A stretch of 64,000 nt of DNA from NCBI RefSeq assembly GCF_028641065.1, contig NC_073391.1, positions 5,580,001-5,644,000 on the forward strand. Direction: 5' to 3'. Each line of letters starts with the position of its first letter. Position 1 is the first letter of the stretch. Below the pieces are notes generated by a model, which saw only the letters and a program-made list of their open reading frames with translations, made no database searches and was not told the origin of the DNA. The translations under genes were made by a program, and so were the position numbers. Of the stretch, positions 26,030 through 37,610 are shown one piece after another. Source of the stretch: Leucoraja erinacea. Lineage: Eukaryota.

Positions 26030-27915
26030 AAAGGTAATGCTACAGTTGTGTTTATTTTTTTTAATTTATTTATTTATTTATTTTTAAATATTTTATTTTA
26101 TTAGAAGTAAGCACAGTCATATGGCACCAAAGTGCCTAATATATATTTTCATAATACATTTTATGTACAACTTCTTTTTTTTTTGTTACATTGAAAAAAG
26201 ATGAAAATAAGAAAAAGAAGTTAGATAGTAAAGGATCGAAAGATGTGAAATATATAGTGTGTGAAGAAAGAAAACGAGTAAGTGAAGAAAGCTGAGAGAG
26301 AAAATAGTGAAAAGAAAAGGAGATCATTATTTATAGTCTTGACCAACCCTCGTCCAGTCCTGAAACAGTTATTTTTTACAATTGTGTTGCACCATATGAT
26401 TCCAAAAAAACGACGAATGGAGACCAACTCGTTATGAATTGGTCTGATTTATCCATTAGGAGGAATCGCATTTCCTCAAGATGAGCGGTGTCCAACATAC
26501 TTGCAATCCACTTGCAATGCTACAGTTGTTATGAGAGATTTCAACATGCAGGTAGACTGGGAAAATCAGGTTGGTACTGACCCCAAGAAAGGAAGTTTGT
26601 AGAGTGCCTCTGCGATGGATTCTTAGAGCAGCTTGTATTGGAGCCTACCAGGGAGAAGGCAATTCTGGATTTAGTGTTATGTAATGAACCGGATTTGATA
26701 AAGGGAACGAGGTTTAAGGAGCCATTAGGAGGTAGTGACCATATTATGGTAAGTTTTAATCTACAATTGGAGAGGGAGAAGGGTAAATCGGAGGTGTCCG
26801 TGTTACAGTTGAACAAAGGGGACTAGGGAGCCATGAGGGAGGAGCTGGCCAAAGTTGACTGGAAAGATACCCTAGCAGGGATGACAGTGGAACAACAATG
26901 GCAGGTATTTCTGAGAATAATACAGAAGTTGCAGGATCAGTTCATTCCAAAGAGGAAGAAAGATTCCAAGGGGAGTAAGGGGCGACCATGGCTGACAAGG
27001 GAAGTCAGCGACAGTATCAAATTAAAAGAGATGAAGTACATAGCAAACATGGCAAAAGTTGAAGAAGAACATAGCAAAGTTGAGTGGGAAGCAAGAATAC
27101 CGGGAGAAAAGATGAGGTACGAAGGTAAGCTAGCCAAGAATATAAAGCAGGATAGTAAAAAGCTTCTTTAGGTATGTGACGAGGAAAACATTTGTTACGA
27201 CCAAAGTTGGACCCTTGAAGACTGAGAAAGATTAGTTTATTATGGGGAACAAGGAAATGGCAGATGAGCTGAACAGGTACTTTGGATCTGTCTTCACTAA
27301 GGAGGACACAAATAATCTTTCTGATGTACGAGTGGCCAGAGGATCTGGGGTGACAGGAACTGAAGAAAATCCACATTAGGCAGGAAATGGTGTTAGATAG
27401 ACTGATGGGACTGAAGGCTGATAAATCCCCTGGGCCTGATGGTCTGCATCCCAGGGTACTTAAGGAAGGGCTCTAGAAATCGTGGATGCATTGGTGATAA
27501 TTTTCCAATGTTCTATAGATTCAGGATCAGTTCCTGTGGATTAGAGGGTAGCTAATGTTATCCCACTTTTTAAGAAAGGCGGGAGAGAGAAAACAGGGAA
27601 TTATAGACCAGTTAGCCTGACATCGGTGCTGGGGAAGATGCTGAAGTCAATTATAATGGATGAAATAGCCACACATGTGGATAGCAGTAACAGGATCGGT
27701 TCAAATCAGCATGGATTTACGAAGGGGGGGGGGGGGGGGGGGGCTTGACTAATCTTCTGGAGGGGGGGAGAGAGAAAACAGGGGAATTATAGACCAGTTA
27801 GCCTGACATCGATGGTGGGGAAGATGCCGGAGTCAATTATAATGGATGAAATAGCCACACATTTGGATAGCAGTAACAGGATCGGTTCAAATCAGCATGG
27901 ATTTACGAAGGGGGT

Positions 27916-27955
<40 letters not shown>

Positions 27956-27961
27956 ATGCCA

Positions 27962-27997
<36 letters not shown>

Positions 27998-29330
27998 TGG
28001 GGGGAGGGGGATCATGCTTGACTAATCTTCTGGAATTTTTTGAGGATGTAACTAGGAAAATGGACAAGGGAGAACCAGTGAATGTAATGAATCTGGACTT
28101 TCAGAAAGCATTTGATAAGGTCCCACATAGGAGGTTAGTGGGCAAAATTAGGGCACATGGTATTGGGGCTGGAGTGCTGAGATGGGTAGAAAATTGGTTG
28201 GCAGACAGGAAACAAAGAGTAAGGATTAACGGGTCCCTTTCAGAATGGCAGGCAGTGACTAGTGAGGTACCGCAAGGCTTGGTGCTGGGACCGCTGCTAT
28301 TTACAATATACATCAATGATTTAGAAGAAGGGATTCAAAGTAACATTAGCAAATTTGCAGATGACACAAAGCTGGGTGACAGTGTGAACTGTGAGGAGGA
28401 TGCTATGAGAATGCAGGGTGACTTGGACAGGTGGGTGAGTGGGCAGATGCATGGCAGATGCAATTTAATGTGGATAAATGTGAGGTTATCCACTTTGGTA
28501 GGAAAAACAGGAAGGCAGATTTTTATCTAAATGGTGTCAAGTTAGGAAAAGGGGAAGTACAACGGGATCTGGTGGTCCTTGTTCATCAGTCAATGAAAGT
28601 AAGCATGCAGATGCAGCAGACAGTGAAGAAAGCGAATGGCATGTTGGCGGCCTTCGTAACAAGAGGGGTTGAGTATAGGAGCAAAGAGGTCCTTCTGCAG
28701 TTGTACAGGACCATAGTGAGACCAAACCTGGAGTATTGTGTGCATTTTTACACCCCTAATTTAAGGAAGGACATTCTTGCTATTGAGGGAGTGCAGCGTA
28801 GGTTCACAAGATTAATTCCCGGGATGGCGGGACTGTCATATGCTGAGAGAATGGAGCGGCTGGACTTGTATACTCTGGAATTTAGGATAAGAGCGGATGT
28901 TATTGAAACATATAAGATTATTAAGGGTTTGGACACGCTAGAGGCAGGAAACATGTTCCCGATGTTGGGGGAGTCCAGTACCAGGGGGTAACTGGATGTA
29001 GGCTGATATGCACCATCGACATCCAGGGGGCCACCGTTTAAGAATAAGGAGTAAGCCATTTAGAATGGAGATGAGGAAACACTTTTTCTCACAGAGAGTT
29101 GTGAGTCTGTGGAATTCTCTGCCTCAGAGGGTGGTGCAGGCCGGTTCTCTGTATACTTTCAAGAGAGAGCTCTCAAAGACAGCGGAGTCAGGAGATATGG
29201 GAAGAAGGCAGGAACGGGGTACTGATTATGGATGATCAACCATGATCACATTGAATGGCGGTGCTGGCTCGAACGGCCGAATGGCCTACTCCTGCACCTT
29301 TTGTCTGTTGTCCATTATGTCCTATTGTGA
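26030..29330 (+). mobile_element. CR1 LINE (APE C-terminal half and RT) with nested L1 and an internal duplication
   Basis: EPTREKAILDLVL..SDH, DFQKAFDKVPH, VPQG, FADD, LEYC; (TATTGTC)-like tail. Confidence 0.9.
26050..26515 (-). mobile_element. L1-like LINE 3' end with A-rich tail
   Basis: 14-bp TSD AATGCTACAGTTGT (26036-26049 and 26516-26529). Minus strand encodes KWIASMLDTAHLEEMRF..FITSWSPF, resembling fish-type L1 ORF2 C-termini. Confidence 0.8.
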
Positions 29331-29406
29331 GCATCATACTTGCTCAACAGTGTGAAGGCATGTGTGATCTTGTTAGCTCTCCACTCAGCTCAAGAGTAGA
29401 AGCAAA

Positions 29407-29610
29407 GTATTGCAGATGCTGGTTAATACATAAAAGGTCACACAGTGCTGGTGCAGCTCAGCAGGTCAGGTCAGGCATGCATTGGTCATGTATCGGGTTG
29501 AGACCCTTCTTCAGGCCAATGACGGGCTTTGACCCGATACATCACATCCATATTCTCCAGAGATGCTGCCTGACCTGTTGAGTTGCTGCAGCACTTTGTG
29601 TGGCCTTTTA
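29407..29610. mobile_element. Older palindromic Penelope-derived mini-element
   Basis: tgcagatgctgg..gagacccttcttcag arm, then inverted gacccga..gatgctgcctgacc..cagcactttgtgt arm. Confidence 0.7.
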
Positions 29611-29649
29611 CGTAGTAATCAGATAAGGTGGTCAAAAATACCGATTAGT

Positions 29650-30225
29650 TCAAGTTCAAGTTCAAGTGAGTTTATTGTCATGTGTCCCAGATAGGACAAT
29701 GAAATTCTTGCTTTGCTTCAGCACACAGAACGTAGTAGGCATTTACTACAAAACAGGTCAGTGAGTCCCTATACCGTTATATAAATATAAACACATGAAT
29801 AAATAGACTGATAAAGTGCAAATAACAGATAGTGGGTTATTAATGATCAGAGTTTTGTCCGAGCCAGGTTTAATAGCCTGATGGCTGTGGGGAAGTAGCT
29901 ATTCATGAACCTGGTTGTTGCAGCCTTCAGGCCCCTGTACCTTCTACCTGAAGGAAGCAGGGAGATGAGTGTGTGCCCAGGATGGTGTGGGTCCTTGATG
30001 ATGCTGCCAGCCTTTTTGAGGCAGCAACTGTGATAAATCCCCTCGATGGAAGGAAGGTCAGAGCCGATGATGGACTGGGCAGTGTTTACTACGTTTTGTA
30101 GTCTTTTCATCTCCAGGGCGCACAAGTTGCTGAACCAAGCCACGATGCAACTGGTCAGCATGCTCTCTACTGTGCACCTGTAGAAGTTAGAGACAGTCCT
30201 CCTTGAGTCTTCCTTGACATTAATC
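29650..30225 (-). mobile_element. Rex1/Babar-like LINE 3' fragment
   Basis: LTSCIVAWF..IIKDPHHPGH..LPSGRRYR..PTAIRLLN; (CTTGAA)n tail. Confidence 0.88.
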
Positions 30226-30601
30226 TGCAGTTCTTTGTTTCGACTCTTGATTTTTAACCCTCTTAACTCTCATGATGCTTTTGAGGGAGCAGAACAGATT
30301 TGCTTAGAATTATTCCTGGGATACAGGACTTCAGTTATGTGGATAAACTAGAGAAATAAAACAGAGATGATTTTGAGGTGTTCAGGTAATGCCATTTATA
30401 ATCGTTTTGCACCGAAACAAGAGTGGATAAAACAAGAACTATAGGACATAGAGGCAAAGTGACAAAAGAACCAAAAACACAATGAAGACCATTTTGTATA
30501 TGGAGTGAAAGGTCAGGCTCTGGAATAAATGTTCAAGGTTGGTGGTGGAGGTAGTTTCAATGTTCACAATCCAAATAAATATTACATTTTAAAATATGGT
30601 G

Positions 30602-31051
30602 CGGCATAGTGGTGCAATGGTCGAGTGCTGCCTTACAGAGCCCAGGGACCCAACTTCAATCCTGACTATAAGCATTGTCTGTGTGGAGTGTGTATGTTCA
30701 CCCTGTGACCGCGTGGGTCTTTTCTGGGTGCTCCGATTTCCTCCCGCATTCCAAAGTCGTCCAGGTTTGTAGGTTAATTGCCTTCGGTAAAAATTGTTAA
30801 ATTGCCCCTGGTGCGTAGGTTAGTGTACAGGGTGATCGTTGGTCGGCGTGGACGCATAGCATAGAAACATAGAAAATAGGTGCTGGAGGCGGCCGTACGG
30901 CCCTTCGTGCCAGCACCGCCATTCATTGTGATTATGGCTGATAGGTCCCAATCAATAAACCGTGCTTGCCTTCTCCCCATATCCCTTGATTCCACTGGCC
31001 CCTTGGTGGGTTGAAGGGCCTGTTTCCGTGCTGTATCCCTAAAGTCTAAAG
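30602..31051 (+). mobile_element. HE1-type V-SINE interrupted by an antisense CR1 tail (about 30855-31003)
   Basis: tRNA-like head and V-domain; SINE tail resumes at ttggtgggttgaagggcc. Confidence 0.8.
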
Positions 31052-31606
31052 TATCTGAAAGGAAATAAATTGCAGGGGTTATGGGGAACAGAATGGAGGT
31101 GTGGGGTAAACTGGACTGTTCTTATATGTAGTGAGTACAGATCCAAGAGGCTGAATGACCTCCCCCGTGTGTAACCATTCTGCAAATCTGTGAAAGGTAA
31201 CGTGTAGGAAAAGCAATTTGATGTAAATCTGTATTTTGACCACCTAAATATGGATTGAAGCAGCAGTGAAAATCCATTTAGGACAGACAGTCACATTGAA
31301 TAATTTGATGCAAATAATTGAAATGCAGTCAGGCACATCTAATCTACACCTACATAGTACTTTGGCCAAAGAATAAAATAAATCTTCCGCAGACATTCCA
31401 CTGACATAGCTGGCTGACATTATTTTTTAATAATTATTACCCTAACAATTTAAAATTATATAGCAGACAGAAATCAAATTTTAGAACTTTTCGCACTTAA
31501 CTTTCTAAAGAATAGTGTCAGTTTAATTTGCACTGCAGAATCTCAATGCATGCAAATTATGTTACATTTCTACATCACACCTAGTTCTTCTGAATTTATG
31601 ATAGCG

Positions 31607-32700
31607 AAGATGATTGTGAACGATTGCAGCAGGATCTGGATCGATTGGCCAGATGGCGGAGGGATGGTTGATGGAATTTAATACAGACAAGTGTGAGGTT
31701 GCATTTTGGAACGTCGAACAAGGGCAGGACCTACACAGTAAATGGTATCCACTGGGGAGTGTTGTAAAGAGCAGAGAGATCTAGGAGTACAGCTGCATGG
31801 TTCTTTGAAGGTCAAGTCGCAGGTAGATAGGGTGGTCAAAAAGGCTTTTGCCACTTTGGCCTTCATCAGTCAGAGGATTGGGCATAGAAGTTGGGAGGTC
31901 ATGTTGCAGTTGTATAAGACGTTGGTGAGACCACTTTAAAAATATTGTGTTCTTGGCACCATGTTATAGGAAATATATTGTCAAGCTTGAAAGGGTTCAG
32001 AAAAGATTTATGAGGATGTTGCCAGGACTAGAGGGTGTGAGCTAGAGGGAGAGGTTGAGTAGGCAGGGTCTCTATTCCATGGAGCGGAGGAGGATGAGGG
32101 GGGATCTTATAGAGGTGTATAAAATCATGAGAGGAATAGATCAGGTAGATGCAGTGAGTCTCTTGCCCAGAGTAGGGGAATCGAAGACCAGAGGACATAG
32201 GTTCAAGGTGAAGGGGAAAAGATTTAATATGAATCCGAGGGGTCACTTTTTTACACAAAAGGATGATGGGTGTATGGGAAAAGCTGCCGGAGGAGGTAGT
32301 TGAGGCTGTGGGACTATCCTATCGTTTAAGAAACAGTTAGACAGGTACATGGATAGGACAGGTTTGGAGGGATATGGCAAATTGCAGGCAAATTGGACTA
32401 TCTTTCCAATAACACGGTGCCCAGAAATGAACACAATACAGTAAAGTGGTCTCACCAATGTCTTATACAACTGCAACATGACCTCCCACCTTCTATATGC
32501 AATACTCTGACTGACGAAGGCTAATGTACCAAAAGCCTTTTTGACCACCTTATCTACCTGCGATTTGACCTTCAAGGAACCATATACCTGCACTCCTAGA
32601 TCCCTCTGCTCTACAACACAGCCCTGAGCAATGCCATTCACTGTGTAGGTCCTGCCCATGTTAGACTTCCCAAAATGCAACACCTCATATTTCTCTGTGG
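31607..32700. mobile_element. CR1 fragments in opposite orientation (+ about 31607-32385; - about 32398-32700)
   Basis: Both encode EQRDLGVQ..VVKKAF..LQLYKTLVRP. Confidence 0.85.
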
Positions 32701-33180
32701 TCCTCTCTACAAAAAAAATGAGTGTCAGATAATCTAAGCTGATGTGTAAATTCAATTGCCGCATGGTTTCCGCCAAGCAGGAAAGTTAAAGTAGCTGAAG
32801 GTCAAGATAAAATTGCATTAGTCACTTTTTGAGCTAATAGTTCTATAATTTGCATACATTATAATGGCTTTCTTCCACTTTAGACAGACATTAAATCCAA
32901 TCAATTTTGTGAGTGGTCATGAATAGTTAGGTTTCCTTATTTTTAACTGTGAATACTGGGTAGCTGGAGTTGAAATTAACCCTTGCAAATATCAGAACAA
33001 GAGATACTTGCAAGTTTTCCCATCAATATTTGATTCAGAGCAGCACAGAGAGACTTAGGAATAAGTCATCAGCTTACAATCTTGGCAGGTGTTTTGTCTT
33101 GTAGTTTAAGAATTTGAATAGGTTGACTCGAGAAAAAAATCTCATTAAATAATTAGTGAAGATATTTTCCTTCTCCAAAC

Positions 33181-34030
33181 TGTCTACGATGCCCTACCAA
33201 GCCCAGCAAACCTCCATGTCTGGGGAAAAAGCAAGACACCTTCCTACCCACTTTGCTCTAGAAGAGCATCACTAGAACATCTCCTCAGCAGCTGCCCAAA
33301 GTCCCTTGGGGAAGGTCGCAATCGGTGGCGCCATGACCAGGTGCTCAAGGTGGTTGCTGAGAGCATAGCCACTGCCATCGGTAACAGCAAACACCACCAC
33401 ACCCCAAAGAAATCAATCACTTTTGTCAAAGCTGGAGAAAATCCTCAACCAGAACCAAAAACTAGGATGGGCCTCCTCTACACAGCCACTGACTGGCAGC
33501 TGCATGTCAATGTGGGCAAACAGCTGAAATTTCCACAGCACATCACAGCAACATCACTCCGGCCAGACATGATCATCACCTCCGAAGTGACAAAAAAGCT
33601 GATCATTCTGGAGCTGACAGTGCCCTGGGAAAAGCGTATTGAAGAGGCTAATGAGAGGAAACGTGCAAAGTACCAAGAACTGGCGGAGATGTGCCAAGAC
33701 AGTGGCTGGAAGACAAACTGTGAGCCCATAGAGGTGGGCTGTAGAGGCTTTGCAGGACGCTCACTCTGCAAAGTCCCCAACCAGTTGGGCATTATGGACC
33801 TGGCAAAGAAGAGGGCCATTCAGTCCGCATTGAAGCCGCAGAGAAAGTCACTAGGTGGCGTTAGATTAAGAGGGCTGATCCGTGGGCGGTTGCTGCTGGG
33901 ACACAAGTCGGGGCCTAATCAACCCCGGCTGGGTCGCCTGGGCGAGGGTGTCTGATGTTGTGAGACCCAAAATACCTGATGACCCCAGGTCACATCAATG
34001 AGGATACATCCCAGCGCATCTAGATGTATC
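33181..34030 (+). mobile_element. Hero-clade (R2 group) non-LTR retrotransposon 3' fragment: zinc knuckle and restriction-like endonuclease
   Basis: YDALPSPANLHVWG..LEHLLSSC..WRHDQVL..LRPDM..ILELTVPWE..KRAKY..PIEVGCRGF. Confidence 0.88.
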
Positions 34031-34814
34031 TTTAACACTAAATCTCAGTTATTTTACTTGTTTTGCTTGCAGACCATTTATTTGAGCAAATAGTCCATTG
34101 CACTATTTTTGTAATCATTCTTTACGTTCATTCATTCCCGATCTCCAAGAAAGTTGATGAGGACAGGGCCATGAATGTAGTTAATATGAGCTTGTGACTT
34201 ATATGACCTTTGATAAGGTTTCACATGGAAGACTGCTGTGGACGATTATATTGCGGGGGATCCAGGATCTAATTAAATAAATATTGCCTTTAATGATGAA
34301 GATAGAGGATAGTGGTGAAAGGATGTTTTTGGTCTGGAGGACTGTGACTATTGGTGTGTCTCAGGGATCAGTGTTGACTCATTATTTTTTGTCATCTATA
34401 TCAATGATTTGAATGAGAATGTATTAAGTGTGTTAGTAATTTCTCAGATTATTCCAAAACTGGTGTATTGTAGACAGTGAAGATGGTTAGTTAAGGCAGG
34501 TACTATAACAACATTTATAAGATACTAGACTAAGTGGGACCTGTTGGGTCTAATGTTCACACGGGAGGGCTGGTCCCCCGACGCAATATTCCACCTCTCC
34601 ACCAATTATAATATTGGTGGCCAGTGGGGGGGGGGGGCTTTCTGGAGAGCAGGTATGGGTGTTGTTGACTGCAGGGACTACTGGTATCCAGAGGGCTAGT
34701 ATGGACATTGTGGGCCAAATGGTTTCTTGGGGTGGCAGCTCAGTCCCTCAAGCCTGATGTGTTGGCAGCTCATTCACGGCTGGTGGGCTGGCAGTTAATT
34801 CACGGCTATTCCTT

Positions 34815-35075
34815 GAGTGCAAGGCCACCAAATTCAAATCCATTTTCCAACCATTTCGAGCAGGGTGCAAGGCCACCAAATTCAAGTGCAGTTTCTTACC
34901 TCTTCGAGCAGGGTGCAAGGCCACAAAATTCAAATGCAGTTTCATACCATTTCATGCAGGGTGCAAGGCCAGCAAATTCAAATGCAGTTGCAGTTTCATA
35001 CCATTTCGTGCAGGGTGTAACGATACCACATTCAAAAGCAGTTTCATATCATTTCATGCAGGGTGCAAGGCCACC
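34815..35075. repeat. About 5 copies of a 48-bp unit inside the Helitron
   Basis: Unit cagggtgcaaggccaccaaattcaagtgcagtttcataccatttcgag; 16-aa periodicity in ORF 34708-35079. Confidence 0.85.
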
Positions 35076-35426
35076 ATAAAAACCACACAAAACACAGTTC
35101 AGTAGGCATTCAGTGTGTTCAGTTGATTCACAGCTCAGACAGAGTTGTGATCTCTCCCTCCCCCATCATGCAGATACTTAGCCACACCCACTTCTGGGTT
35201 TTATAATCCCTCCCCCTTCCACCGGAAAAGGTGTGGCCTTCATGGCGTGATTGACAGGAAAGAGATTCTCAACATTATTTAAACACTAATAACACTTTTA
35301 TTTTTTAATTGATGGGAAGAATGCTCTGCACCTGATCAGCGGAGGGGGACTGAGTAAGATGGTAGCGTTTTACATAAAATCAATATAGTGCAAACAGGAA
35401 GTTGTCAAATTTAGACAATCAACCCT

Positions 35427-37610
35427 TTGCAGTGCCTTTTCACTTCAACCCAAACAACCATTAGCAGTGCATTTTTACTTCAACCCAAACAACCATTTGC
35501 AGTGCATTTTTACTTCAACCCAAACAACCATTTGCAGTGCATTATTACTTCAACCCAAACAACCATTTGCAGTGCATTTTACTTCAACCCAAACAACCAT
35601 TTGCAGTGCATTTTTACTTCAACCCAAACAACCATTTGCAGTGCATTTTTACTTCAACCCAAACAACCATTTGCAGTGCATTTTTACTTCAACCCAAACA
35701 ACCATTTGCAGTGCATTTTTACTTCAACCCAAACAACCATTTGCAGTGCATTTTTACTTCAACCCAAACAACCATTTTCAGTGCATTTTTACTTCAACCC
35801 AAACAACCATTTGCAGTGCATTTTTACTTCAACCCAAACAACCATTTGCTGTGCATTTTTACTTCAACCCAAACAACATTTGCCCATTTTACTTCAACCC
35901 AAACCACCCCCCAAACATTTGCAGTGCATTTTTACTTCAACCCAAACAACCATTTGCAGTGCATTTTCACTTCAAACCCCCCCCCCCCAAACAACCATTT
36001 ACAGTGCATTTTTACTTCACCCAAACAACCATTTGCAGTGCAACTTCAACCCAAACAACCATTTGCAGTGCATTTTTACTTCAACCCCCCCCCAAACAAC
36101 CATTTGCAGTGCATTTTTACTTCAACCCAAACAACCATTTGCAGTGCATTTTTACTTCAACCCAAACAACCATTTGCAGTGCATTTTTACTTCAACCCAA
36201 ACAACCATTTGCTGTGCATTTTTACTTCAACCCAAACAACCATTTGCAGTGCATTTTTACTTCAACCCAAACAACCATTTGCAGTGCATTTTTACTTCAA
36301 CCCAAACAACCATTTGCAGTGCATTTTACTTCAACCCAAACAACCATTTGCAGTGCATTTTTACTTCAACCCAAACAACCATTTGCAGTGCATTTTTACT
36401 TCAACCCAAACAGCCATTTGCAGTGCATTTTTACTTCAAACCAAACAACCATTTGCAGTGCATTTTTACTTCAACCCAATCAACCATTTGCAGTGCATTT
36501 TTACTTCAACCCAAACAACCATTTGCAGTGCATTTTTACTTCAACCCAAACAACCATTTACAGTGCATTTTTACTTTAACCCAAACAACCATTTGCAGTG
36601 CATTTTGCTTCAACCACAAACAACCATTTGCAGTGCATTTTTACTTCAACTCAAACAACCATTTGCAGAGCATTTTACTGCAACCCAAACAACCATTTGC
36701 AGTGCATTTTTACTTCAACCCAAACAACCATTTGCAGTGCATTTTTACTTCAACCCAAACAAACAACCATTTGCAGTGCATTTTTACTTCAACCCAAACA
36801 ACCATTTGCAGTGCATTTTTACTTCAACCCACCATTTGCAGTGCATTGTTACTTCACCCCAAAACCCATTTGCAGTGCATTTTTACTTCAACCCAAACAA
36901 CCATTTGCAGTGCATTTTTACTTCAACCCAAACAACCATTTGCAGTGCATTTTACTTCAACCCAAACAACCATTTGCAGTGCATTTTTACTTCAACCCAA
37001 ACAACAACCATTTGCAGTGCATTTTTACTTCAACCCAACCCCCCCCCCCCCAACAACCCTTTGCAGTGCATTTTACTTCAACCCAAACAACCATTTGCAT
37101 TTGCATTTTTACTTCAACCCAAACAACCATTTGCAGTGCATTTTTACTTCAACCCAAACAACCATTTACAGTGCATTTTTACTTCAACCCAAAACCCCCC
37201 AAACAACCATTTGCAGTGCATTTTTACTTCAACCCAAACAACCATTTGCAGTGCATTTTAACTTCAACCCAAACAACCATTTGCAATGCATTTTTACTTC
37301 AACCCAAGTGCATTTTTACCCCCCCAAACAACCATTTGCAGTGCATTTACTTCAACCCAAACAACCATTTGCAGTGCATTTTACTTCAACCCAAACAACC
37401 ATTTGCAGTGCATTTTTACTTCAAACCAAACAACCATTTGCAGTGCATTTTTACTTCAACCCAAACAACCATTTGCAGTGCATTTTACTTCAACCCAAAC
37501 AACCATTTGCAGTGCATTTTTACTTCATCCCAAACAACCATTTGCAGTGCATTTTTACTTCAACCCAAACAACCATTTGCAGTGCATTTTTACTTCAAAC
37601 CAACCATATT
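35427..37610. repeat. 35-bp minisatellite, about 60 copies
   Basis: Unit TTCAACCCAAACAACCATTTGCAGTGCATTTTTAC; gives a 35-aa periodic translation in all three + frames. Confidence 0.97.

Noticed and set aside
27580-28030. Poly-G tracts (poly-Gly ORF, G-quadruplex) and a tandem duplication of about 185 bp in CR1
   Set aside because: The G runs replace the short G run expected in the QHGFTKG..CLTNL codons, and do so twice. This looks like a sequencing or assembly artefact and needs raw reads.
33940-33985. Hammerhead-like text in the Hero 3' UTR (gtCTGATGttg..cccAAAAtacc)
   Set aside because: Lacks CUGANGA, GAAA and a helix II.
35427-37610. CRISPR-like array (35-bp repeats)
   Set aside because: Head-to-tail units with no unique spacers, no cas genes, and a vertebrate context.
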